From positions 352,001 through 416,000 of the forward strand of contig CAWCKW010000013.1 of the NCBI GenBank assembly GCA_963796285.1: a DNA stretch of 64,000 nucleotides, read 5' to 3'. Positions 1 to 11,551 of the stretch are shown in pieces; the stretch's first letter is position 1; each line of letters starts with the position of its first letter. The notes under the pieces are model-generated. The model saw only the letters and a list, made by a program, of their open reading frames with translations, did not search any database and was not told where the DNA came from. The position numbers and the translations under genes were made by a program. The stretch comes from Nitrospirota bacterium. Its GTDB lineage: Bacteria > Nitrospirota > UBA9217.

Positions 1-454
1 GACAACCACATGATCTGTGATACCCGTTTTGGACACGGCAAGGAGCCGAATATTTTCTGGTCCCCGCTTCGCGGGGAAAGGGTCACGCAGAAACAACATT
101 AGCGAAACCTTAATCCAGATGGGTGACTGGTACAGTGAAGAACTGATACCGAAACTGAATGAAACTACGGCAATGGTAAAGAAAACGATGACTGCATAAA
201 TATCGACGAGAAAATTTCATTTTCTCGCCATCGGGTGGGCTTTTACACTTGACAGTGAGCCTTCAAATGGGTGACCCTGAAGATCTTAGAAAAAGTTTGG
301 CACTAACTGTTTGGTGCTTCACAATGAAGAGCAGATAGTCACGCCAGCTAGTAACTTTTTCGGTAAAGGTTATCGAAGCCATTAGCGTCTCTCCTGGATA
401 GTGAAATTAATGCATGAATGATCGGCATTTTATCGCGTGTCGTTCTTGATACCC

Positions 455-517
455 AAATACCCGCAAGGGTGAGGGGCGCGGAGTTTAGCCGTATCACTCT
501 CGAAACGATTGTTAGAT
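455..517 (-). repeat. attC site (degenerate R' box)
   Basis: Minus strand reads ATCTAAC-AATCG-TTTCGAGAGTGATACGGCTAAACTCCGCGCCCCTCACCC-TTGCG-GGTATTT, starting 1 nt after the HNH stop. The expected GTT is GGT. Confidence 0.65.
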
Positions 518-518
518 T

Positions 519-1384
519 TCAATTTTGTGACCCAAAATGTAGTTTTCGGTGACAATTAGGGCATATCGCAATTGCGTTTTCTACGGTGTCTTCTCCTCCC
601 TGTGAAAGCATAACCTTGTGATGCACCTCCAAATATGGAGAGCCACCTTTAGCCCGCTTGAACGGGGCTTCGTTACCACAGTCCTCGCAAAAACCGTTGG
701 CACGTATAAGTACTGTTGCAATTACGTCTGGATTGCGTTTGAAACCTTTCGATATGGTTTGGATTACTTCGGGGATTTTAGGCGCTTGCGCGAGCCTTAG
801 TTCCCTTGCGCTTTTGTCAGTGGCTATTGATTTCTCAACCGCCTTCTCAAGCTCAATGTTTAATTCATCCTCAATGGCTGTATGCGGTAATGCGCCGACC
901 CATTGTGGAAGCGGCTTCACATAAGACCAGCCACCTGACGTACTACGAGGTTTAAGCGGTGCGTTGTCTGCTATTTTGATAAAGTTTGAAACTGGGATTG
1001 GATTTTCCAAGCGTTCAACATTGACCACCGATAGTAAATTGATGGAGGGCTTGCCATAGCCTCCTGTCATATAGATTTCCTTCTCATTGGGTTGATATTT
1101 TTGGATATGAGCGTTCATAAACTCTATGCGCTGTGACTCAATTTCAGATTTGTTTTCCACCCAGTGATTTCAGCCCGATATGAAACAAACGGCAATGAAG
1201 ACGTAAGCGAGATATAGAGAGTTACTTTAGACGCGGGCGTTGGCGGCGATGCGGCAAGCTTGACGATAGTTTCTGATGCATAGGGCTGAAGATAGCAGAC
1301 TAAGCCTGACTTCTTTGATTGGGCTTTTCGAATTTCTTCGAGGACTTCTTCATAGACGCCGTTGAGGTATAGTGCATATTCCAT
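519..1384 (-). CDS. McrA-type HNH endonuclease with uncharacterised N-terminal domain (frameshift near 1157)
   Basis: C-terminus has CEDC...PYLEVHH...GGEDTVENAIAICPNCH. ATG at 1384 lies just after an attC. ORFs 1124..1384 and 519..1160 join at ITGW/ENKSE if one G is added. Confidence 0.8.
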
Positions 1385-1391
1385 ATTTGAA

Positions 1392-1451
1392 CTCCAACGC
1401 GGTGGTGAGATGCGCGCCTTATGTGCGTCGGTTTCGACCTTCAAGTTAGTC
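1392..1451 (-). repeat. attC site
   Basis: Minus strand GACTAAC...GTTGGAG, 60 bp, between the stop at 1455 and the ATG at 1384. Confidence 0.75.
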
Positions 1452-1454
1452 TCT

Positions 1455-2582
1455 TTAAGGTTTACTCTGGTTAGCCCAGTCTGATGCTTCCGATAACGAT
1501 GATATTACTTTACAAGAAAAATCGTTGCTCAATCCTAAATGATTTTGTTGCAGCATTGTTCTAAGCGGAATTTCTGTTAGGAAAACATCGCAGTAACCTA
1601 CTGCAGCCTCTGCGTGATGGAAATCGTGCAAATCATTTCCAGTCAGCTTCCGCTTTTTATCCCAACGAATCGCGGCATGACAAAGGGCTCCAATATGCAA
1701 TGTGCGCAAGGCAAGCGCAACCTCCTTTGTTTCAATACCTTTACTGAAGCATTTTAAAAGGTGAATTTCATGCTCGCGGCTCTCGTCTTCTGTTCTTCGA
1801 ACTCGTTGGCCCGTAGCTTTCCGATTAATTTCTTCCAAAACTTCACGAGCGACAGACATAAACAGGCTTAGACCGCCGATCATTTCCGCTTTATAGCATT
1901 GCGAAAAACTTTTGATTTCATTTGCGTGTTTAGAATTGCCTTCATTCAGTTTCTGAGCAATAGCTTCGTAATCAAAGACAGGAGGTGGGGCCGCCCCAAT
2001 TACATCAAACATTTCTGAAAGTGAGTAATCCCAGACATGATCAAAAAATGCCTTTTGAATCACTCGTTCTTCATCCTCCTTGAATACCGTGTAACTTGGA
2101 TGTTGAACACCTAATATATAACTAAGCTTTAACCAAACGAGATCAGCAAGAGGATGTAATTCCCCATGGTAACAATGTGAATGGATAAAATGGGCAATTT
2201 CCGTTGCGACGCGTTCATTATGGGGTGCTAAGGTTACGCCCTCGCTCAGTTCATCAATCAGTACTGCCGTTGCTTTTCTTGTATACAGGTCTTGTTGCTT
2301 CAATAACTCCGCGAAAAGAGTATCACTTATTGGGCAAATACTTTTCTTAGATCGCACTCTCGCTCTTAATGCTTCAAGTAAAGCTACGCTCGACTGATCA
2401 TCCCTTCGCCCCAACGCGGTATCGCGAAGCATTATCCAATACCGTTTATCTAAATATACACGCTCTCGATTCATAACCGATTTGCCAAGTGCAATTCGGC
2501 GCGACCGGACGTATCCATCAGTTGTTACATTGGGATTCAGACGGTGAGTCTCGAAACTTGCTCGTATCTTTTCCCTATTCAT
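1455..2582 (-). CDS. Hypothetical cassette protein with PIN-like acidic motifs
   Basis: Motifs VYLD, ISDTLFAEL and GNDLHDFHHAEAAVGYCDVFLTE resemble the PIN-fold pattern. Flanked by attC sites. Confidence 0.7.
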   Translation of the reverse strand: MNREKIRASFETHRLNPNVTTDGYVRSRRIALGKSVMNRERVYLDKRYWIMLRDTALGRRDDQSSVALLEALRARVRSKKSICPISDTLFAELLKQQDLYTRKATAVLIDELSEGVTLAPHNERVATEIAHFIHSHCYHGELHPLADLVWLKLSYILGVQHPSYTVFKEDEERVIQKAFFDHVWDYSLSEMFDVIGAAPPPVFDYEAIAQKLNEGNSKHANEIKSFSQCYKAEMIGGLSLFMSVAREVLEEINRKATGQRVRRTEDESREHEIHLLKCFSKGIETKEVALALRTLHIGALCHAAIRWDKKRKLTGNDLHDFHHAEAAVGYCDVFLTEIPLRTMLQQNHLGLSNDFSCKVISSLSEASDWANQSKP

Positions 2583-2600
2583 GGCTTTACAGAAACCCAA

Positions 2601-2653
2601 ATTTAACGACGATAAGAAGAACCACCCCTAGGGGCTTGAACGACTTGTTATGA
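2601..2653 (-). repeat. attC site (short, probably internally deleted)
   Basis: Minus strand TCATAAC-AAGTCGTTCAAGCC...GTTAAAT, 53 bp. Confidence 0.6.
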
Positions 2654-2783
2654 ACCATCCTTCAATTCTGCTGGTTCTGGAACCGGCAAACCCCAAACCG
2701 CGCACACTGGTGCCAAATATGGTGGGACCAAAGTTTGGAGAAAACCCTCTAAGATAATATTTCGGGACATAATGATCGCCCAT
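2648..2783 (-). pseudogene. Internally deleted cassette, DUF4238-like N-terminus
   Basis: MGDHYVPKYYLRGFS from ATG 2783. A different frame (LAPVCAVWGLPVPEPAELKDGS*) ends with TAA inside the attC R'' box. Confidence 0.55.
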
Positions 2784-2806
2784 GTTTAGTTCTAACTCCA
2801 CAATTA

Positions 2807-2877
2807 AGCCAACGCGAGAGCAGTAACAGGCGCGAGCGCGGTAGCGCGAAGCTTCCTGGTTGTCCTGATTGTTAGCC
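2807..2877 (-). repeat. attC site
   Basis: Minus strand GGCTAAC (containing the upstream gene's TAA)...GTTGGCT, 71 bp with a central GC-rich hairpin. Confidence 0.8.
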
Positions 2878-3531
2878 CTTTTTGAACCATTGTTTTACCA
2901 TAAAGGTGTAAGTTTTCATTGGCTCTTCAAAACATGGTTTGGTTACTCTTTCAAGCTCTTGCTGAGTAATCGCCAATTGATTCCTGATCTCGTCATTTTC
3001 GTTATATCGATCCCAGAAGATTCCTTCATGTTTACGCATTTCATCGAGGTGCTTTTGAAACTCATCGGGCTCCATTTTAACGCGACCTTGGCGCTGCCAG
3101 TAATGAGTAGAGAGCATATTCGCTGAAATAAAAATGGAATTTAAGGTTTTGTTTGTGTCATGGAAAATGTCTTCGGTTTTTGTTCCAAATACAGCCATAA
3201 ATTTGTACTTCAAAGTATTAAACCGAACAAATTTCTATTTCTTAGATTCGTAGCGTTCAAATACGATGTAACCTCTATCAAGGAGTCGTGAATCCTCTTC
3301 GGTTTCATGAGGAGCTCGCTTTCGTGTGCTTCCTTCACTCCCGCTGGACCATGGGCTTCTTATAAATGCAATCGCATCCTTAATCTCAAAGAACGTAGCT
3401 AATGTTTCCTCCGCTAACTCAATTTTCCTCTTGCCAATAAACTCTCGCTTCCATGCACCCACGCCTGAAATAATCGCCCAGCACGCAGATATGACAGCTA
3501 TCGTCTGAGCAATTGTGGCCAAATTAGTCAT
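2872..3531 (-). pseudogene. N-terminally membrane-anchored hypothetical cassette protein interrupted by an in-frame TAG (3235-3237)
   Basis: GGAGGTG RBS and ATG at 3531. ORFs 3235..3537 and 2872..3213 share a frame and read ESKK*KFVRFNTLKYKF. Confidence 0.75.
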
Positions 3532-3548
3532 GCACACCTCCGTTTACG

Positions 3549-3609
3549 GGCTAACGCGCGGGGGTACCGCCGCGCTTCTCAGCGGACTGACACGACCCGC
3601 ATGTTGGAT
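3549..3609 (-). repeat. attC site
   Basis: Minus strand ATCCAAC-ATGCGGGTCG...CCCCCGCGC-GTTAGCC, 61 bp. Its GTTAGCC is the exact complement of the next cassette's GGCTAAC. Confidence 0.8.
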
Positions 3610-3715
3610 TCAGATCATTGATTATGTGCATGCAGGTCTATGACTGAATCTTAGATTCAAGGTTCACGCTTCAGCTCATTCAGACTGCGCCCAGCAACGT
3701 GATCCGGCCAGCTCG

Positions 3716-4966
3716 TCAAACCATCATCAGTTTGACTTCCTTTACCTTCCCAATAATTTCTTTCGGGAAAAGCACTTTAAAATATTCATACATTATATTA
3801 TTAACTAGACGATGCATGTCAAGCCATCCACCGAGTTTGCCGTATTCCAACCAATTTTTGAAAATCTTCCCCTCGACTACAATATCGTACCCCAAATGAG
3901 GAGATTTTACGGCATCCATAACGGCAATATCTTGAAGCAATTTTGAGTCACCATGTAGTGTAATCCCAATTGAACAGGTGATTGGTTCAAATGAAAACGT
4001 ATGTTCATCGATAACTATTTTCTTAGGTGACATTTTATCAAACAGCTCACGACAAGTTTTTGAGACGGTGTCCAGCATTTCTAAGTAGGCTGGCAGATAG
4101 CCTGCTTGTTTAAGCGCGGAATACCGCAACTCATGGATTTCCACTGCATTATCGAGATTTCGATCCAACTTTAATGGTTGTTCGTATGGATTTAAATAAA
4201 ATCCAGCTTCGCTTTCGGAGATCTCGGTACTTTCACGCAATTTTGTCAACAATTGGAGACATTCCGCCGGGTTTGTAGCCAAAAGCACTTCTCCAATGAG
4301 TCGCTGGACTTCATCATAAGCATATAGCGCTGTTCTCAAGGAATTCTTAATCAAGTAAACTTCGTCGGCAATATAGGCATGCTCATTCGGTATTGGAAGC
4401 ATCCATATGTTATCAAGGCTACTCCTTTTAAAGTCATAATCAGGGATTAATACACTTTGAAGAAATTTTTTCCTATCAACTTCACTTCTTTTTACAAGAG
4501 CCGTTTCTATCTTATCTTGCGCAGACTCATTGGTTTTCGTTTCAAACATCTCAGAATAGGCTTTCGCTCCAACAATGTAATGCATGCTTCCATTTTTAAC
4601 GGTTACAGGGAGATGCTCTGCAATTTCGGATGACGAAAGCAAGAAACGTCGTAAATTGCTCCCTTTACTCATATGGATAATTAAAAAGAAGCCAGGCAAA
4701 GGTTCCTCGTCGAAACCAACCACGTACTCTTTTTTTATGTAATGAGTTGTGTGAGAATCTTGAGAATATTTTGACTGTACAGTCCCAATTCTTGGTGGAA
4801 GCAAATCGGTAAATTTCGCCGAAGAATTTCGAAGTTGGATTAACCAATCGCCACCGTCTATATCGACAGAGCGTTTCATTACCCAGAAACGCTCCATCAG
4901 GAATGTAGCACACATAGATTCTCCGAGTGCCGCATTTTCCGCAATTTTATTAGTTTCCTCACTCAT
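3716..4966 (-). CDS. Hypothetical protein, N-terminal PD-(D/E)XK-like (DUF4365-like) domain
   Basis: 416 aa ORF with GES...RSVDIDGGDWLIQ...VQSK pattern and GAGG RBS. Confidence 0.7.
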   Translation of the reverse strand: MSEETNKIAENAALGESMCATFLMERFWVMKRSVDIDGGDWLIQLRNSSAKFTDLLPPRIGTVQSKYSQDSHTTHYIKKEYVVGFDEEPLPGFFLIIHMSKGSNLRRFLLSSSEIAEHLPVTVKNGSMHYIVGAKAYSEMFETKTNESAQDKIETALVKRSEVDRKKFLQSVLIPDYDFKRSSLDNIWMLPIPNEHAYIADEVYLIKNSLRTALYAYDEVQRLIGEVLLATNPAECLQLLTKLRESTEISESEAGFYLNPYEQPLKLDRNLDNAVEIHELRYSALKQAGYLPAYLEMLDTVSKTCRELFDKMSPKKIVIDEHTFSFEPITCSIGITLHGDSKLLQDIAVMDAVKSPHLGYDIVVEGKIFKNWLEYGKLGGWLDMHRLVNNIMYEYFKVLFPKEIIGKVKEVKLMMV

Positions 4967-4977
4967 TTATATCATCC

Positions 4978-5679
4978 TCACATGGTGACGAATAAATTAT
5001 ATCGTAAATGTCTCATAGTGATTCGTCCGATACTCTTGAGGTACGCTTTTTTTGATTTTCGATGTTTACGAAATGTTTCTTCATGTTCATCAATTCCATA
5101 GAAGAACTGAAGAATATCTTCCACTACAAAAAGCGCATGGTGAATATTAAGACTTTCCGGCGTATCAAGTTCATGTGCTGCTTTATTTCCCATCAGGCGG
5201 AAATCGTGCAAGACTTGGATGACGGAGTCTGAAAAGTATTGGCTTAAAGCCGTTATCTTCGACTCAAGGTTATTTTTGTATTTATTACGGGCTATTTTAT
5301 CAACGACAATGGCTTCAATTAAAGTGCGTAGGCCTATGGTGGAAAGAACGAGGAGATCTTTATCATAAGCGGTTACGGTTTCGTTGTATAGTGTATGGAT
5401 ATTTTTCGGGAGCTTAAAGAAATACCTTCTTTTCCTTAGATTTGATTTTCTTTCAGGAAATAACAACTTCACCGGCAAATCTTTCTCATCTTGGAATTCA
5501 AAGGGATGTTTAGTAAGGCGAAATGTTATATCCTCGCATCCGGAACACTTAAACGTATCTGCGACAAATAATTGTGGATATCCCCAGAGATCGTCATATC
5601 TCTCATGTTCATAGTGTGCAACAAGTTCGTGCAGTGTATCACCGTTACAACTGTTGCAATATAGACGATGTTTTTTCAT
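4978..5679 (-). CDS. DUF4145-like protein with N-terminal Zn ribbon
   Basis: CNSC...CSGC, then GLRTLIEAI...LHDFRLMGNKAAHE (RxxGNxAAH, HEPN-like motif). Confidence 0.8.
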   Translation of the reverse strand: MKKHRLYCNSCNGDTLHELVAHYEHERYDDLWGYPQLFVADTFKCSGCEDITFRLTKHPFEFQDEKDLPVKLLFPERKSNLRKRRYFFKLPKNIHTLYNETVTAYDKDLLVLSTIGLRTLIEAIVVDKIARNKYKNNLESKITALSQYFSDSVIQVLHDFRLMGNKAAHELDTPESLNIHHALFVVEDILQFFYGIDEHEETFRKHRKSKKAYLKSIGRITMRHLRYNLFVTM

Positions 5680-5687
5680 TTTTTTCT

Positions 5688-5744
5688 CTTCAACAAGATA
5701 TTATCGGTTCTAAATACAGTAGCATAGATTGCCGGAGTGGTCAA
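5688..5744 (-). promoter_or_regulatory. Candidate cassette promoter Pc and attI site
   Basis: Minus strand TTGACC-17 nt-TACTGT with TGn extension (5744-5716), followed by CCGATAA-TATCTT-GTTGAAG ending 8 nt before the first cassette ATG. Confidence 0.5.
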
Positions 5745-5880
5745 TGAATTTAAGGGAAAACTTGGCGTATCCAGCTGAATTCATTAGAATTTTACCAATT
5801 GACTAATATGCAATAAATGGAATAGTCGCCAAATTAAATTAATATGCAGTTATGGAATAGCTTTTCAAGGTTGGCAACCG

Positions 5881-5943
5881 ATGGACCCTATTCCGATTGA
5901 CATTCTGAAGCAGTTTAATGCGGTTTTGGAACAGACAAACTAG
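5881..5943 (+). pseudogene. Possible N-terminal stub of integron integrase
   Basis: MDPIPIDILKQFNAVLEQTN* is divergent from the array at the canonical intI position. The resemblance to N-termini of long IntI proteins is from recall and is unverified. Confidence 0.4.
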
Positions 5944-6190
5944 CCCTGTGTTTATCATTTTCAATATGTAATTTACAATTTCCAAGCGCTGCAACTTTTA
6001 TTGAATACCGAAGGAGCTATTGTTAAAAAACCATATCATCAAATGCACGATACCAACAGATATTTGCGCGTCCATGCCGAAAAATGCATGGGCAAAAGAA
6101 GACCATGGAATCGACCCTCAACCACAAAGTACTTTACTCCCCTTTCCCGCGGTGGTAAAATGCTCTTTCTCCCGAGGCCTCCCGAACCCT

Positions 6191-8994
<2,804 letters not shown>

Positions 8995-9049
8995 GCAAAA
9001 GCTGTCACAATAGGCACCACATTTGATGAACTCTAAAAAGTCATAATCT

Positions 9050-9160
9050 ACCGCAGAGACGTAGCCTGCTGTTGCCAAAACGCGGCCATAAACGGAGACA
9101 CGGAGAAATGCATATTGAAAATAATAAGGATATTCTCTGCGCCTCTGCGTCTCAGCGGTT
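9050..9160. repeat. Intergenic palindrome of 8-nt (GCAGAGAC-like) units
   Basis: ACCGCAGAGAC...CTCTGCGCCTCTGCGTCTCAGCGGT; same family as 11452-11523. Confidence 0.6.
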
Positions 9161-9227
9161 ATTTTGTGTGTTGTATTTTATTGAGATTTGTTTTTTGAAA
9201 TTTGACTTTTAAAACATCGGAGGTCAC

Positions 9228-9701
9228 ATGAAACGACTGTTCACCCTTCTCGCCATAACAGCACTGCTCTTCACCACATCCGCCTGCAGCGCCAAAAAAA
9301 CGCCGGACCAATCAGCCGTCAAGGGCAGGAACATCCTCGCCGTGCTGAAGACAATGCGCTCGGCATACGAGAAAAAGGACCTTTCCTCCTTCATGGACAA
9401 TGTGGCCCCCGGCTATCAAGACCGGGAAGCGTATTCCAAGTCCCTTGCCGACGTGTTCTTAAAGAACGAAACCATCCACTTCAATCTCCAGTACACCAAG
9501 ATGCACATTACGGTCGAGGAAAAGGGCGCGATCAAGGCAACGTTCAACTGGGACGGCGAGTGGATAGCCGTTGGAGGGACGACCCAGAAGAACGGCGGTC
9601 GGGTCACGCTGGTCTTTGGGCCGGGAAGCTCCAAGCTCATGTCCATCGAGGGGAAGGACCCCTTTGTGCCGCTGCCGGTGGAAATGCCGGGGAAGCAGTA
9701 A
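9228..9701 (+). CDS. Lipoprotein, probable NTF2-like fold
   Basis: GGAGG RBS, signal peptide ending in TSA-C and a helix AYEKKDLSSFM typical of NTF2-like proteins. Confidence 0.75.
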   Translation: MKRLFTLLAITALLFTTSACSAKKTPDQSAVKGRNILAVLKTMRSAYEKKDLSSFMDNVAPGYQDREAYSKSLADVFLKNETIHFNLQYTKMHITVEEKGAIKATFNWDGEWIAVGGTTQKNGGRVTLVFGPGSSKLMSIEGKDPFVPLPVEMPGKQ

Positions 9702-9802
9702 GCGCGCATAGTGCAGAGCGCATAGAGCTTATGGCATAGCGCATAGGGTTCTGTCTTTGCTCTCTGCTCTTAGCTCTTAGCTCTTTGCTCCTTGCCCCAT
9801 GC
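9701..9802. repeat. Heptamer-unit inverted repeat
   Basis: GCATAGN units followed by CTCTTAG/CTCTTTG units. Confidence 0.6.
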
Positions 9803-9815
9803 AAGATAAGACCTT

Positions 9816-11394
9816 ATGCCCTTCACTGAAGAACATATAACAACCGACTTCCTCATCATCGGCGGGGGCGTGGCCGGTCTCCGCGCCGCGATCGAGCTGG
9901 CGCAGAACGGCGAGGTCCTCGTGGTGACGAAGGACGCGCCTACCGAGAGCAGCAGCGAATACGCGCAGGGCGGCGTTGCCGTGGCGCTCTCGGACGAGGA
10001 CGAGATCTCGATCCACTTCGAGGACACCATCCGGGCCGGCGACGGGCTCTGCCTGCGACAAGGCCGTGGGCACGCTCGTTGAAGAAGGCCCCACGCGGAT
10101 ACGGGAACTCATCCTCTGGGGCGCGGAATTCGACAAAGAAGGCACGAAGCTCGCCTTCACGCAGGAAGCTGCCCACACCAAGCGCCGCATCCTGCATGCC
10201 CAGGGAGACTCGACGGGCAAGGAGATCATGCGCGTGCTGATCGACAAGGTCCGCTCCGCCGGCACCGTGTCCAAGATCGACTTCGCCTTCACCCGGGACC
10301 TGATCATCGAGAACAACCGCTGCATCGGGGCCGTGGTCTGCCAACAGTCATTACGCAAGGTCCTCATCATTTCCGCGCGCGCGGTGGTGCTCGCCACCGG
10401 CGGAGCGGGCCAGTTGTTTGAACGTACCACGAACCCCGCGGTCGCCACCGGCGACGGCATGGCCATGGCCTTTCGCGCAAATGCAGCGCTCGTGGACATG
10501 GAGTTCGTTCAATTTCACCCCACCGCCCTGTTTCGCCCTGGCGCGCCGCAGTTCCTGCTGTCCGAGGCCATGCGCGGTGAGGGCGGCATGCTGAAAAACA
10601 TCCACGGCCGGCGCTTCATGGACCGCTACGATCCCGCCCGCGAGCTCGCGCCGCGCGACGTGGTCACCCGCGCCATTCACGCCGAGATGGCCGCCACAAA
10701 GTCCAGCAATGTTTTTCTCGACATGACGCATTTGACCGCCGAGTACGTGACCCAGCGTTTTCCCCGTATTTACCGGACCTGCAAGGACCTCGGCATCGAC
10801 ATCACGAAGGAGCCGATCCCGGTTTCGCCCGCAGCCCACTACATCATGGGCGGGGTGAAGACGAACCTCTGGGGCGCCACGAATGTTCCCGGGCTCTTTG
10901 CCGCAGGCGAGACCGCCTGTACCGGCGTGCATGGAGCAAACCGTCTCGCGAGCAATTCGTTGCTTGAGGGACTGGTCTACGGACAACGTGCGGGGCTTGG
11001 CGCCGCGCGGTATGCGCGGAAACACTTCAACCGGCAGGCCGGCGTGCAGCATGTTCCTGTTCACGGAACGCGCGGCCTGTCCCCGCGTTCCGACAGGTTG
11101 CCGGACCCGTCAGAGCTCCGTTCTGCGCTCAAGAGACTCATGTGGGCGCAGGTTGGCATTGTCCGCGAAAAAAAAGGTCTGGCCTCCGCGCTCAAGCAGC
11201 TCAATAAATGGGACCGGAATATGAAAGGGCTTGCACCTGATCGGGACGTCTTCGAGATCAGGAACATGATCACGACGGCCCAACTCATCACCCGGTCGGC
11301 ATTGCAACGGGAGGGCAGCGTGGGCGCGCACTTCAGAATGGATTTTCCGACAAAAGGGAAGAACTGGAGAAAGAGGACGGTGATAAAGCGATAG
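9816..11394 (+). CDS. nadB: L-aspartate oxidase (frameshift near 10055)
   Basis: GGGVAG, YAQGGVA, MEFVQFHPT, SEAMRGEG, AHYIMGG, GVHGANRLASNSLLE. Confidence 0.95.
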
Positions 11395-11451
11395 TCGCTC
11401 GTTCCGTTTTACTAAGAAACAATTTTTTTCTACGCAAATGGCCCGAAGTTT

Positions 11452-11523
11452 AACCGCGGAGACGCAGAGACGCAGAGAAAATTCTTATTTTGATCACTAA
11501 GCATTTCTCCGCGTCTCCGCGGT
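11452..11523. repeat. Intergenic palindrome of 8-nt units
   Basis: ACCGCGGAGACGCAGAGACGCAGAG...CTCCGCGTCTCCGCGGT between convergent genes. Confidence 0.7.
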
Positions 11524-11551
11524 AGATCATGACTTTTTACGAAACCCCGCA

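Larger units (their letters stand above)
455..5943 (-). mobile_element. Degenerate chromosomal integron / cassette array (CALIN-like; no intact integrase in the window)
   Basis: AT-richer, co-oriented minus-strand ORFs separated by 53-71 bp imperfect palindromes bounded by YAAC and GTT boxes. A candidate Pc/attI lies at 5688-5744 and a divergent 20-codon stub at 5881. Confidence 0.85.

Noticed and set aside
1-254. ORF 17..199 and TTTTACACTTGACA as a possible IS right end
   Set aside because: No transposase motif is recognisable and the partner end would lie outside the window.
263-382. 39-aa minus-strand ORF with AGGAG RBS (MASITFTEKVTSWRDYL...) as a further cassette
   Set aside because: Too short, no downstream attC and no firm family match; at most a remnant.
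3235-3237. Pyrrolysine read-through of the in-frame TAG
   Set aside because: No pyl genes in the window, and the decaying context favours a nonsense mutation.
455-3609. Spacer palindromes as CRISPR repeats
   Set aside because: The copies differ in sequence and are separated by whole genes, which fits attC rather than CRISPR.
5950-6190. LexA box or N-terminal extension of uvrA from 6020
   Set aside because: No convincing SOS motif; UvrA similarity starts at ATG 6191.
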